Of a stretch of 64,000 bases of DNA, positions 38,601 through 53,600 are shown piece by piece. Source of the stretch: Antedon mediterranea (taxonomy: Eukaryota; Animalia; Echinodermata); the NCBI RefSeq assembly GCF_964355755.1, contig NC_092676.1, positions 7,603,888 through 7,667,887 on the forward strand, given 5' to 3'. How positions within the stretch are numbered: position 1 is the stretch's first letter; every line of letters starts with the position of its first letter. The notes beneath the pieces were generated by a model. It was given only the letters and a program-made list of their open reading frames with translations, made no database searches and was not told the DNA's origin. Position numbers and translations under genes: made by a program.

Positions 38601-41600
38601 CTTCTTGGATTTTTAATTTTTATATTAAATGTTTAGACAGGGGTACACTAAAAGAAGTGTTGAAAATGTGGATGGGGATAATTGAATGTAAACAATTCCG
38701 AATTATAACAAACTACTGATCGTGAGATCGCGGTTCGAATCCAACTCTGTCGAATTTCTTGTATCCTGAGGCAAGACACTTTACTTACGTTTGCCTCTCC
38801 CCCTCCCAACCCTCCCCCAGGTGTATAAATGGGTGATCGGTTAGATCAAGACACAACTTAACGCTGATTACTAGCTGCATTATGGGAGTATGTTTTCATA
38901 CGTGTTTGATGCAAAAAAAAATGACCGGGGTAATAATGTTCAGGTTTCACACCATTAGGCGCTATATAAATAAAAAAGGATAGTATTATTAATATTAAAC
39001 GCTTAACAAAATAAACGTGCGGTTAACTTACTACTTACTGTGTGGATAATTATAATATTATATATTATATAAGGTATTATGTATAATATATTATATATAA
39101 GATATTATTTATATAAGTAAATAAATACCATAAACATGGATGGTAAAATCACACGATGCCTCATTATCGGATTCGTCAGTTGCTGTCAATGTAACAGTCG
39201 TCGAACCGATCACAAACGCAGAATTTTTCGCAGTACTCCACGAAACGTCAATTTGTCCGAGACTGTTATCAAAGAGTGTAGCATCACTCCAAGTCGTCGC
39301 TCCTGTAGGCATCCCAGGGTCTGTTGATATCGTTTGGTCACCAGGACAATTTGTTATAATTGGTGGCTGATCATCTGGAGAAAATAAGATAAAGGGTAGG
39401 TCTATTAGAAAATCATCAAGAAGGTATACGGTTAAAGTGTATCCAAAGTGTCATGTATTTTACTGAGAATCAGTACTTATGAGAAGAAGACCGCATACAA
39501 ACATTTTTGTTTTGCTGTTGTGATACGAATAAAACTTAACACTTGATTTATGATTTAGAATATAATTTGAAAAAGACATAAATCTGATCTCTAACTAATA
39601 CGTAATAGTTGTGTCATAAGTGGCGTAATGTAAGGCCACTGTTTAGCACTTCTAAGTGGGTGGCCCTCCAACGCTGGGGCTGATCATGCTCTGTGACCTC
39701 TTCAGCTTTGGGGCCGGGCGCTCATAGCCGTTACGCCCAATGACCACTTCAAATCTAGGCCTTCATTACATAACATTTCTTACCGATTATAACTACAGAA
39801 AATGTGCAAAACCCAACGTTGCTGTAGGTATCTGTAGCCGTGTACGTAACTAGAGTACTGCCTATATAGAATAATATTCCAGATTCTACGTCATTCTCGA
39901 TACTTGGGTTAGGATCAGTGTTGTCAATAGCAGTGGGTTCTGTCCAGCCAATATTATGCGTTGGTAGTCCATCATCCGCTAGTGCTTCCAAATCTGACGG
40001 ACAGCCTGCAAATACTGGTGCTTCTCTGTCTATATAAACATAACATAAAACACTTTCAAGAATGTTCTACTAAATGCTGTTTTAAAAATAATTTTCTGTT
40101 GTTATTTTACATAACAGATTTCTAACAGGTTTATCACTGGAGAACCTCATAATTTAGTAACAACCTTGTCTTATTTATTTATAAATAATATTATTGGAAA
40201 GAATATTTGATTAGAGCAGTCTTTTATTTGAGAGACCTGTAGCCGTATTCACCCATATTTCTCTTCAATAAAGATTTCACTTCATTGGTGTCTAGAGATT
40301 TCTTCATGTTAATGATGTTTCGTTTAGTGTTATTGTTGATTACGACCATTGCTTACTGGTCGATCTAGCTACTCTCAAAATGTATTACCTTCTACGATTA
40401 CATCAAACGTGCAGTCGTTAGAGTTTCCATAAAGGTCTGTTGCGTTAACGTCAACTGAAGTTGATCCTAAATCGAATACGCTTCCTGATGCAATCGAGGT
40501 CACGTGATCCACAGGTTGTTGACTATTATCAGTTATGCCTAGACTGTTAATATCATACGTTGCCACTCCAGTTTCTAGGCCAAGAGATGTCGGCACAGTT
40601 ACATCATCGCATACCATTATAGGCGGCTCATAATCTAAAGGATTGAAGTGAGATGATGTGTTGTGACTGTTATGACAAATCAATTTATATACTATAATAT
40701 GTTTCAACAAATATGTGAGTTATCGCAATCGTATTTACTAGTAAAAAGTATACTAACAACAACACATTAGTTAGCCCTGTGGTCGAAGGAAGTTAAGAGT
40801 TACAAAGGAAGTTAAGAGTTGCCAAAATAATATAGACTAACTTAGGCCTATAACTACATAAAACAAAGGAGGCATTTGCCATTTTGCCCTGACTGACATG
40901 TTTGTACAAAAGGTTTCGCACAACAATTTCGCAGATATTCTAAAATCTTTGGACTTAAATGAAACATAATAACGAATGGCAACGCATGTCTTTAATGTTA
41001 AATCTGAGTAAAAAAATAATAAAAAAACAATATTTATTTCAAACTATTTAGAATATTAGTATACAAAATTGCCTTAAGAATGTTTTTTGTTTAATTTTAT
41101 TTGTCAATTAGACGAAAAAAGTGTTTTTTTTTTCTCTCATTTCAATTTAATAATAACAATATATTTAATATATTTATTTACGTGGAGGACCAAACTTAAA
41201 GCCTTGGCTTAATGTGTCCTCCTCACACAATTATATTTATTAATTTATCTTCAGTATATTGTATTATGTGAAACAATAAACTTGAAACTTAAACTTACCA
41301 TACACCTTGACATAGAAATAGCATTCGTCTTGGTTACCAGACGGATCAGAAGCCGTCAGGGTTACTTGTGTCAATCCAATAAAGAACTTTTGGCCAGAGT
41401 TCCTACTCCAAGACACCGAATAATGACCACTATTGTCAAAGATAGATGGTTCGGAATAATATACTCGTTTGTTATTGCGTCCCATGTTTGTTTCTTTTGT
41501 CTGATTTGATGGGCACTCTGAGATGATTGGATCCTCCCAATCTAAAATGACATAACAAAAATTGGTATGAGTGATGACAGTTTAACATAAAAGTTGAAGC

Positions 41601-44600
41601 AGACAAGCAGACAACAGTGAAAAATGTGTAGATGTGAACAATTTAAAAATTGCTCCGAGTCTTCGAACCTGTTTGGTGGATGCAACTCGGTAAAAGAAAA
41701 ACTGAGTTAGGTCGTCTATGGTCAAGGTAAAATTTTAAAATGTAGATTGATCAATAGTATAATCAGTGGCGTAACGACGGCTATGAGCCAGGGGTCCGGA
41801 TCTTATGGGGGTCCCTGAGCAGTGTCCAGAGGAAAAAACAGGCATTAACATATGTCGAAGAGGCAAAACAACACCTAAGGCCTCTAGCGTTGGAGGGCTA
41901 CACGGGATTCCTAAGCCAGGGGCCACAGTCCTATGCGTTAAGACACGGAGTATAATTCATAGAGTGTGAAAGGAAGTGTAGGGTCAAAGGTCACACAATT
42001 CCTATGACTGGGTTTATGTTCTATTGAACATAGTAGGCCTATCTCTAGTTTGTTTTTTTTAGATTCGTAACGAATAAAATAAAACATGTATGCTTACCGT
42101 ATACAGTGATGACAACGGTCGAAGAGGCATCATCAGTGTTGCAGTCTCCATCATCAGTACTGTATTTAATTTTACTTGTACCAATATCGAATACCCCACT
42201 AAGAGCTGAGTTGGACGCACTTACTGTAAACGGCCGCTGGTCCTCGAATACAGGGGCTTGCCACGTCACCGTCGCAGTTGGTAGACCTTGTATCGTCGGT
42301 TCGGGGTCTGGGTCTATTTTTTCAATGACCTGTGTTGGGTATCGGTCTAAATAAAATGTAAATAACTGACTTTAAAATATTCGTTACTAATCACAATAAT
42401 TGCATTTACAATGAGAAGGTAAGCCTAACTCTTGCGTCATTCTCCATTCATAACGATGAATATAATGATAACCATAATACGCGATAACATCCATAAAGGT
42501 GACGACGCAAAATACGACGACGGGAACAATGATGATCAATTTATGGTAACAAATGACGGACATGACGATGAAAACAAACATGAAAATAGTAATAAAGTAA
42601 CGTATGGTGCCTATGACAAAAATGGACGACGAGAAACGTAAACAATTAAGAACATAAAACGCAATTAAAGGCGATATTGTCTACTATAACTAAGCTGACT
42701 ATGACGACAACAACAAGGAAAATGATGGTGACAACAACGGCAAGACAAATGACGATGACAAATATAGGAGTACCTTTATTATTTTCTACAGACCTAATTT
42801 AGCTTTAACCCAAATGTAATTGATGCTTCAGCTTCCGTTATACATTTATATAAAACATGACTGAATAACAATTGACATAATTACCTATACCCATACAGTA
42901 AATGTATACAGATTGTAACGGAAAGTAACATACATACCTAAAACCCCGTACAGTATGTATATAGATTGTAACGGAAAGTAACATAGATACCTAATACCCG
43001 TATAGTAAATGTACATAGATTGTAACGGAAAGTGACATAGATACCTAATACCCCGTACAGTAAATGTACATAGATTGTAACGGAAAGTGACATATAGGCC
43101 TACCTAATAATAAACCGTACAATAAATGTACATTGATTGTAACGGAAAGTAACATAGATACCTAATACCCCGTACAGTAATGTACATAGATTGAAATGGA
43201 AAGTGACATAACTACCTAATACCACGTACAGTAATGTACATAGATTGAAATGGAAAGTGACATAGATACCTAATACCCGTACAGTAAATGTACATTGATT
43301 GTAACGGAAAGTGACATAGATACCTAATACCCCGAACAGTAAACGTACATTGATTGTAACGGAAAGTGACAGATACCTAATACCCCGTACAGTAAATGTA
43401 CATTGATTGTAACGGAAAGTGACATAGATACCTAATACCCGTACAGTAAACGTATATAGATTGCAACGGAAAGTGACATAGATACCTAATACCACGTACA
43501 GTAAACGTACATTGATTGTAACGGAAAGTGACATAGATAACTAATACCCAGTACAGTAAATGTACATTGATTGTAACTGAAAGTGACATAGATACCTCAT
43601 ACCCCGTACAGTAAACGTACATTGATTGTAACGGAAAGTGACATAGATACCTAATACCCAGTACAGTAAATGTACATTGATTGTAACTGAAAGTGAAATA
43701 GATACCTAATACCCCGTACAGTTAATGTACACTAATTGTAACGGAAAGTGACATAGATACCTAATACCCCGTACAGTAAATGTACATTGATTGTAACGGA
43801 AAGTGACATAGATACCTAATACCCGTACAGTAAACGTACATTGATTGTAACGGAAAGTGACATAGATACCTAATACCCGTACAGTAAACGTACATTGATT
43901 GTAACGGAAAGTGACATAGATACCTAATACCCGTACAGTAAACGTATATAGAGTGTAACGGAAAGTGACATAGATACCTAATACCCCGTACAGTAAACGT
44001 ACATAGATTGTAACGGAAAGTGACATAACTACCTAATACCCGTACAGTAAATGTACATTGATTGTAACGGAAAGTGACATAACTACCTAATACCCCGTAC
44101 AGTAAATGTACATAGATTGAAATGGAAAGTGACATAACTACCTAATACCACGTACAGTAATGTACATAGATTGAAATGGAAAGTGACATAGATACCCAAT
44201 ACCCGTACAGTAAATGTACATTGATTGTAACGGAAAGTGACATAGATACCTAATACCCCGTACAGTAAACGTACATTGATTGTAACGGAAAGTGACATAG
44301 ATACCTAATACCCGTACAGTAAATGTATGTTTTATGTCGGTTTTATAAAAGCGCAACTATAAATTTATATGCACGTCATTACATTTATATTTATGATACT
44401 GTACAATTAATATGATGTATACAACTTTTTCTCAACTTCCATTCCACGATATAGATTATTCTGATGAATTACATGCATCACATATACCTCCAGAAATAAA
44501 TAATGCTGATTTTAATCCTCTGATAGATAACGACCTAAAATTCGACCAACAATCCAACATGTTAATAGATCATTTTAATTTAAGGTCATCCACGCTTGAT

Positions 44601-47600
44601 AATTGCAAATATCATGATATCAATATATTTAATAATTTTACTGGAAAATTACCAGATAGTAATCACCTATCTCTATTACATCTTAACATCAGAAGTGTAT
44701 CTAATAAATTTGATAAACTTAACGAACTCGTACATTCTATTAACTTAAAATTCAGCATAATTGGCCTTTCTGAAACCTGGTTGAATGAAAGCAAAATGCA
44801 TCCATTTCTTCATAATTATACTTTTTTATCTAGTGATCGCATTGGCAATAAAACAGGAGGTGGTGTTGGCTTGTTTGTTAAAAACCATATTAATTATAAT
44901 ATCAGAAATGACTTAATATTGCCAAAAGAAATATGTGACTCACTATTTATAGAAATCATTCATAAAAATAAGAAAAATTCTATTATTGGCATTATCTATA
45001 GACCACCGGATTCCAATATTGATACCTTCTCTACAATAATAAATGACCTACTAACTAAAATAAATTCTGAAAATAAATATTGTAATATAATGGGAGATTT
45101 TAATATTGACCTTATTAAATTTCATAACCATAATCATATAAATAATTATCTAAATACTATTTTATTAAATTCTTTTTTTCCTACTATTTCGAAACCAACC
45201 AGAATTACAAAAAATACTGCGACTCTTATTGATCATTTTTATACAAATCACATAAATCTTGAAATAACATCCGGAATAATAATATCAGATATCTCTGACC
45301 ATCTACCTATATTCCAAATAATTGACTATGATTTATGTTTTAAAAACACCTCAATTGATTACTCACATTATGTTGCAGACATAAATTCACTAAATTTTGA
45401 TCTATCGCAGGCTGATTGGTCAAGTGTTTATAATGCTGATTATAAATCTGCTATTGATACATTTAATGATATATTTTTTAGTATTTATCAACGACACTTG
45501 GTCACTAAAGAAATTAAAATAAATAAATATAAAAAATGCAAACAGCCTTGGATGACCCCTACTCTTCTTAAAAGCAGTCAACGAAAACACTACCTTTATA
45601 AAAAATATATTAAATCTCAGAGCCCAAACGACAAAACAACATACACAAGTTATAATAATTTGTTTATTGCTCTTTGTCGTACTGCTAAAAAACAATATTA
45701 TGAAAGAAAATTCAATCAAGTCAAAACAAATATTAAGAAAGTTTGGGGTGTGATCAATTCTGTTTTAAATCCAGCTAGAAAAAATAATAAAAATCCCTCA
45801 GTCTTGAAAATTGGGGATGAATTTATTTATGATACTAACTCTATATGTGATCACTTTAACAAATATTTTTCAGAAATCGGTTTAAAAACGCTCAACTCCA
45901 TCCCAGATAATAATATTGATCCAATGTCGAATTTACCACCCCCACCCATTAATTCATTTTTTATTAACCCAGTCACTGAAAATGAAGTGTTGAACATGAT
46001 CAACAGTCTAGACTCTAATAAAGGATCAGGACACGACTCCCTTACACCTTCTGTTCTTAAAAAAGTTACTCCTTTTATTTTAATTCCTCTTACTTATGTT
46101 ATCAATTTATCTTTTACTACAGGAATCGTACCTGATCATATAAAATTAGCTAAAGTGGTCCCAGTTTTTAAAAAGGGAAATGCAAACTTACTTAACAATT
46201 ATAGACCGATTTCCGTTCTCCCCATTCTCTCAAAAATAATAGAAAAATTAATGCATACTCGTCTTTATACATATTTAACTAAACATAACATCCTAAATAA
46301 TCATCAATATGGTTTTCGTAAAAAACACTCTACCTGTCACGCTATGCTTGAACTTATACATTCAATTAATAATGCATTTGAAAATAAAGAATTTTTGTTA
46401 AGCACTTTTCTTGATCTATCCAAAGCTTTTGATGTTGTTAATCATGATATTTTACTTTCAAAACTGTTACGTTATGGCATTAGAGGTGTTTCGTTAAAAT
46501 GGTTTATTAGTTATCTTAGTAATCGTAAACAATATGTACAGATTGGTAACTGTAAATCATCGGCAAAGAACGTTCCATGTGGTGTACCACAGGGGTCGGT
46601 CCTTGGACCCTTATTATTTCTTATTTACGTAAATGACATAACCTTTGTTAGTGATACACTGAATATTGTTTCCTTTGCCGATGATACAACTTTATTTTAT
46701 TCAAACAAAAATATTGATTTATTAGTAAATACCTTTAATTTAGAATTAAATAAGATTGAAAATTGGTTCTCTTCTAATAAATTATTGATTAATACTTCAA
46801 AAACAAATTTCATTATATTTCACTCCCATCGAAACAGGCATAAATTAAGTAACAAAAACATTCAGGTTGTTCTAAATGGTAAAAATCTGGACCGAAAAAG
46901 CGAAACTTTATTTCTTGGAATTTTAATTAATGAAAACTTAAATTGGACCGGTCATCAGAAAAATATTTCAATCAAAATGTCTAAATGCATTGGTGTTATA
47001 AACCAGATAAAATATTTTTTTCCTCAACACATTTTACTTTCTTTGTATAATTCGCTTATATTACCACATTTACTTTATTGCAATATTATATGGGCAGCTG
47101 ATTATCCATCAAATTTACATAGAATTTTCATTTTACAAAAACGTGTTGTTCGATTATTAAACTTTGAACAATCTACATCTGCATCAGAACCTTTGTTTAA
47201 AAAACTTAAAATTTTAAAAATATATGACCTTCATAAACTTCAAGTTACTTCTTTTATGTTTGAATATGTTACTGGTTTACTACCAAAGTCTGTTTCAATG
47301 TTATTTTCAAATCGTTTATTAGATCATACCTATAACATAAGAAATCCACATAAATTGTATGTTCCATTTGTTAAACTTAGAAAAAGCCAGTTTTTTATTA
47401 CTTATTTAGGACCAACGTATTGGAATAATCTAGATTCAACTGCCATCAATCATTTATATACTGTAAATTCATTTACAAAGCATATAAAAATCCTTTATTT
47501 ATCTTGTTACCAAACCTACTAAATATGTTGCGCACTGTATAATTTATTTAATTGTATGCGTTGTATTTGTATATTTATACGGTACCGTTCTTATTTTTGT

Positions 47601-50600
47601 TTGAATTATTATTATTATTATTTTAGGGGTCAATGTGAGACAAGTTCTACTTCTAATTTTGATCCCTAAGATGGTCTTATATTAATTGTTTATGATTGTT
47701 TATTGTAATATTGTTTGTTATATATTGTGACCATCTTAAATAAATGTATTATTGAATTGAATTGAATTGACATTGATTGTAACGGAAAGTGACATAACTA
47801 CCTAATACCCCGTACAGTAAATGTACATAGATTGAAATGGAAAGTGACATAACTACCTAATACCACGTACAGTAATGTACATAGATTGAAATGGAAAGTG
47901 ACATAGATACCCAATACCCGTACAGTAAATGTACATTGATTGTAACGGAAAGTGACATAGATACCTAATACCCCGTACAGTAAATGTATATAGATTGCAA
48001 CGGAAAGTGACATAGATACCTAATATCACGTACAGTAAACGTACATTGATTGTAACTGAAAGTGACATAGATACCTAATACCCAGTACAGTAAATGTACA
48101 TTGATTGTAACTGAAAGTGACATAGATACCTAATACCCCGTACAGTAAATGTACATTGATTGTAACGGAAAGTGACATAGATACCTAATACCCCGTACAG
48201 TAAACGTACATTGATTGTAACGGAAAGTGACATAGATACCTAATACCCGTACAGTAAACGTATATAGATTGTAACGGAAAGTGACATAGATACCTAATAC
48301 CCGTACAGTAAATGTACATTGATTGTAACGGAAAGTGACATAGATACCTAATACCCGTACAGTAAACGTATATAGATTGCAACGGAAAGTGACATAGATA
48401 CCTAATACCCCGTACAGTAAATGTACATTGATTGTAACGGAAAGTGACATAGATACCTAATACTCCGTACAGTAAACGTACACAGATTGTAACGGAAAGT
48501 GACATAGATACCTAATACCCAGTACAGTAAATGTACATTGATTGTAACTGAAAGTGACATAGATACCTAATACCCGTACAGTAAACGTACATTGATTGTA
48601 ACTGAAAGTGACATAGATACCTAATACCCCGTACAGTAAACGTACATTGATTGTAACGGAAAGTGACATAGATACCTAATACCCCGTACAGTAAACGTAC
48701 ATTGATTGTAACGGAAAGTGACATAGATACCTAATACCCGTACAGTAATGTACATAGATTGAAATGGAAAGTGACATAGATACCCAATACCCGTACAGTA
48801 AATGTACATTGATTGTAACGGAAAGTGACATAACTACCTAATACCCCGTACAGTAAATGTACATAGATTGAAATGGAAAGTGACATAACTACCTAATACC
48901 ACGTACAGTAATGTACATAGATTGAAATGGAAAGTGACATAGATACCTAATACCCAGTACAGTAAATGTACATTGATTGTAACTGAAAGTGACATAGATA
49001 CCTAATACCCAGTACAGTAAATGTACATTGATTGTAACTGAAAGTGACATAGATACCTAATACCCCGTACAGTAAATGTACATTGATTGTAACGGAAAGT
49101 GACATAGATACCTAATACCCCGTACAGTAAACGTACATTGATTGTAACGGAAAGTGACATAGATACCTAATACCCGTACAGTAAACGTATATAGATTGTA
49201 ACGGAAAGTGACATAGATACCTAATACCCGTACAGTAAACGTACATTGATTGTAACGGAAAGTGACATAGATACCTAATACCCGTACAGTAAACGTATAT
49301 AGATTGTAACGGAAAGTGACATAGATACCTAATACCCGTACAGTAAACGTACATTGATTGTAACGGAAAGTGACATAGATACCTAATACCCGTACAGTAA
49401 ATGTACATAGATTGCAACGGAAAGTGACATAGATACCTAATACCCCGTACAGTAAATGTACATTGATTGTAACGGAAAGTGACATAGATACCTAATACTC
49501 CGTACAGTAAACGTACACAGATTGTAACGGAAAGTGACATAGATACCTAATACCCAGTACAGTAAATGTACATTGATTGTAACTGAAAGTGACATAGATA
49601 CCTAATACCCGTACAGTAAACGTATATAGATTGCAACTGAAAGTGACATAGATACCTAATACCCCGTACAGTAAACGTACATTGATTGTAACGGAAAGTG
49701 ACATAGATACCTAATACCCGTACAGTAAACGTACCGTATATAGATTGTAACGGAAAGTGACATAGATACCTAATACCCCGTACAGTAAACGTACATTGAT
49801 TGTAACGGAAAGTGACATAGATACCTAATACCCAGTACAGTAAATGTACATTGATTGTAACGGAAAGTGACATAGATACCTAATACCCGTACAGTAAATG
49901 TACATTGATTGTAACGGAAAGTGACATAGATACCTAATACCCGTACAGTAAACGTACATTGATTGTAACGGAAAGTGACATAGATACCTAATACCCAGTA
50001 CAGTAAATGTACATTGATTGTAACGGAAAGTGACATAGATACCTAATACCCCGTACAGTAAACGTACCGTATATAGATTGTAACGGAAAGTGACATAGAT
50101 ACCTAATACCCCGTACAGTAAACGTACATTGATTGTAACGGAAAGTGACATAGATACCTAATACCCAGTACAGTAAATGTACATTGATTGTAACGGAAAG
50201 TGACATAGATACCTAATACCCGTACAGTAAATGTACATTGATTGTAACGGAAAGTGACATAGATACCTAATACCCGTACAGTAAATGTACACAAATTGTA
50301 ACGGAAAGTGACATAGATACCTAATACCCCGTACAGTAAATGTACACAGATTGTAACGGAAAGTGACATACCTAATACCCGTACAGTTAATGTACACAGA
50401 TTGTAACGGAAAGTGACATAGATACCTAATATCCGTACAGTAAACGTACATTGTAACGCAAATTGACATACTTACCTAATATCCGTACAGTAAACGTACA
50501 CAGATTGTAACGCATTATTCCACCACTGCTAACTGATGCTACGTACTCTACAATGGTTACACCCAGTGGAAACGAGTAGCCGGGTTCAATTGTTGACGAT

Positions 50601-53600
50601 ATGTCTGGTTGGGGGTGAAAAATCGAAAACTCCATATCGGTCGTTGGAGGTGTCCATGTAATAATGGCTGTCGATGATGAGTTGGTGATAAGGAATTCAA
50701 CATCATCTGGACAATCATGGATCCGTGGTTCGTCTTCAGTGACTTTTTTTTAACATAAATTAAAAAAAATAACATTAAAATTGAAAATCGTTCTAATCGT
50801 GGCCTTTATACTTTTTTTTTTTTTGCAATTTGATACCCTCCCTAAGTTTGGTTCCCACTATGTCGTAACGCAAATAAGTTGACCAATGACAAGCAACAGT
50901 TTGAATATTCTGTCGGTTGAAATGGCATATTAAAAAATAGATATATAATAAAAGGGGGACAATAAATCTTTAAACAACACACAGATATAAATTGGAATGT
51001 ATACGGTCGGGCATTTATATTATTGCGTAAGATTCAATCCCACGACCATCAAAAAAACGTGTGTTGCTAGCTGTACGCGTAACACATTTCCGCTTTCTTC
51101 GATCGTGCACACTTCCTTACGCGCGCGCTTGTGCCACGGTAACGATGTTTCCATGAGAAACTTCATGACAACTAAACAAAACATAACTTGGATGAATTTT
51201 CAAGAGTGATCACGGACTCTACAAAGCTCAGTAAGTGTCTACTTATTGTTTATTATTATACTACAATATAATGTATACTTAATTTAAATGTTAAATACTT
51301 CAATTTGTTTAGATATGAATCAGTTGAAAGCTTATAACAACTGTGACTCCTACTACTAAATAAAGAATCAAAACCCTGTCTGACTTTTTAGGCACACTTA
51401 GGAACACGTTTCACGTTTTGCTTCTCCTGGTATATTCGATTTTAAGAATCTAGCATCAACTGGAGTTTAAAACATGTTTCTGTTTTGTATTTTAGATTGA
51501 ATACTTTCTGTTAGAAGTTTTTCTACTTAAACCTTCTAGAGGTAAGCAATATTTTAAATAATATTCATTATTTATAGGGCATTTATTTGTATATGGTGCA
51601 GAGATTGTATTAACAAAGATTACACTGTTTTATTCATAAATAGAGAATTATTTTAATGCAGAAATAACTTTTTTTTCAATCAGAATAATTAAACACGGGA
51701 ATGCCTGGCCCAGCCAGTTATTTAATCCCCCTCAGTCAATACATTTAAGTCAAGACTTGACATTGTTAAGACCAGACATGGAAGCAAATAGGAACTAACC
51801 TGAACTAATTCCTTCCAAACATTAAGTGTAATTAATAGGGCATCTTTCATTTGTATATGGGGCAGCGGTCGAAGTAACACGAACTATACCAGTCTATCGT
51901 AATTTGAATGTAAGCCTACTGACATTACTGTACCATGTGTCCTTTGTGTTTCAGATATGCCTGGAAGGTCCTGGAGAAACCCCTTTAAAACTTGTAAACC
52001 CAGAAAATGCTTTAGGAACAGGTATGTGAGATACAGTCAATTTTTTTTCCAGCAGAGAAAAAAAAGTATGAAAAAGTATGACGAAGTATAATATTGATTA
52101 TTGACAAAAAAAAACTCCGAAAAATACAATAAAGATATTGTTTTGTTTAATTTTCAGCCGGTCAGCCATTTCAGGCTTTTTCAGGAAATATGTCATGTGC
52201 TGTTTTTACAATGCTAACGATGATGACAATGATCAAACATCATTTCAAACCTGGTTGAGCGTACCACCTGCCTTAAGAATTGCAATTATCCAAATCATAT
52301 ATGGAATTGCTATTCTCACCCTGCCTCAAACATCGGCCATCGGATACGATAAACAGGAATTGCCATTTGGCATTGACAATGACATAATAAGTGGATTTGG
52401 AAGAGATCTCCTTATTCTGGATGGACGCGTCTTTGGACGTAAAAACGGCGAACCTGACTCAATGGTAGCTCTTAACTGGATAAGAAAATGGTGCCTCCTG
52501 GACGTTATCAATAATGTACCGGCAATTGGATACACACCAGATGGAAGGGACAGTAACAGCTACACAACGAATGGATATTGCCCAAGTCTGTCTAGCCCAC
52601 TGACCTCATCACCAATATGTAACACTTGGAGCAAACAAGACTTCAAGACTTCTCCAACTTCGGAACACTGGATAAAACGCATGTCACTTGAAATCCGGAT
52701 AATGGACGGAAACCTTAAAAACCATGTTCAATATTTAGCATCTGATCGTCTGTATCCAGCAACGAAGGATAGTCACCAGGTAGGTTGAATTGAATTTGAA
52801 AGGTTCAACACTCCAATCAAAGCTTTTGACAGATAATTTTTAAATGTTTTTATGACATGACAGAAAGAAACATTATAAATTATTGTATACGTGTTTACTT
52901 TATAGATAGTACTTGGCACTGGTTCCTATGGCAGAGTTTTACTTAATCGCCTTGGAGATTGTAATGGCAAACTTGTGGCTGTTAAGGCTATCATCACAAC
53001 AACCAATAAGCCTAGAAAATTCAATCGGTTCGCCGACAAGCTGGCAGTTTCCCTTGAAGCTAGAATAATGAAGGAGTTATCCCAAGAAAGCGACGTGTTT
53101 CCGCGGGTGTATGGTGTTTGTGAAGCAGTTACCTCCGACACACAATGGGCCATTGTTATGGAATTTGTTGGCGACTCAACATCATTCAAATCAACATCAT
53201 TGATGAAAGCTTTAGCATCTGGTTCACCACATATTACCACGATTGATTGTTTTCGCATTATTTTTGACATCGCAAAAGGAGTTGAGATACTTCGGATGAA
53301 TGGTTTAATTCACAATGACCTGGCGACTCGGAATGTTCTTATTTACAACAAGGGTCCTCGTATCTCTGCAAAAATTGTCGATTTTGGCTCAGTTTGCACC
53401 ACAGAAGCACCGTTTGATGTCTTCCAATTGAATAATACCGACAAAGCCGATGTCTTCGACCTCATGCAAGATCACCCGGAAAATGCACCAGAGCTGTATA
53501 ACATCAACACACCACCGACCTTTGCCTCAGACATCTACAGTCTTGGTGTCATAATTGAAGGCATTGCCGCCAACAAAGCATTAATGTCGCTAATGGATAT

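Larger units (their letters stand above)
42880..50512. repeat. 54/55-bp tandem satellite in two blocks (about 42880-44327 and 47771-50512)
   Basis: Unit ~GTACAGTAAATGTACATTGATTGTAACGGAAAGTGACATAGATACCTAATACCC(C). Variant blocks (GATTGAAATGG / AACTACC) recur at about 43180, 44110, 47830 and 48860. Confidence 0.97.

Noticed and set aside
43100-50469. Many repetitive ORFs (MSLSVTINV..., YVTFRYNQCTFTV...)
   Set aside because: Translations of the 54/55-bp satellite. The HYR-like words reflect its exon origin, and readthrough from the exon hits a stop at 50426.
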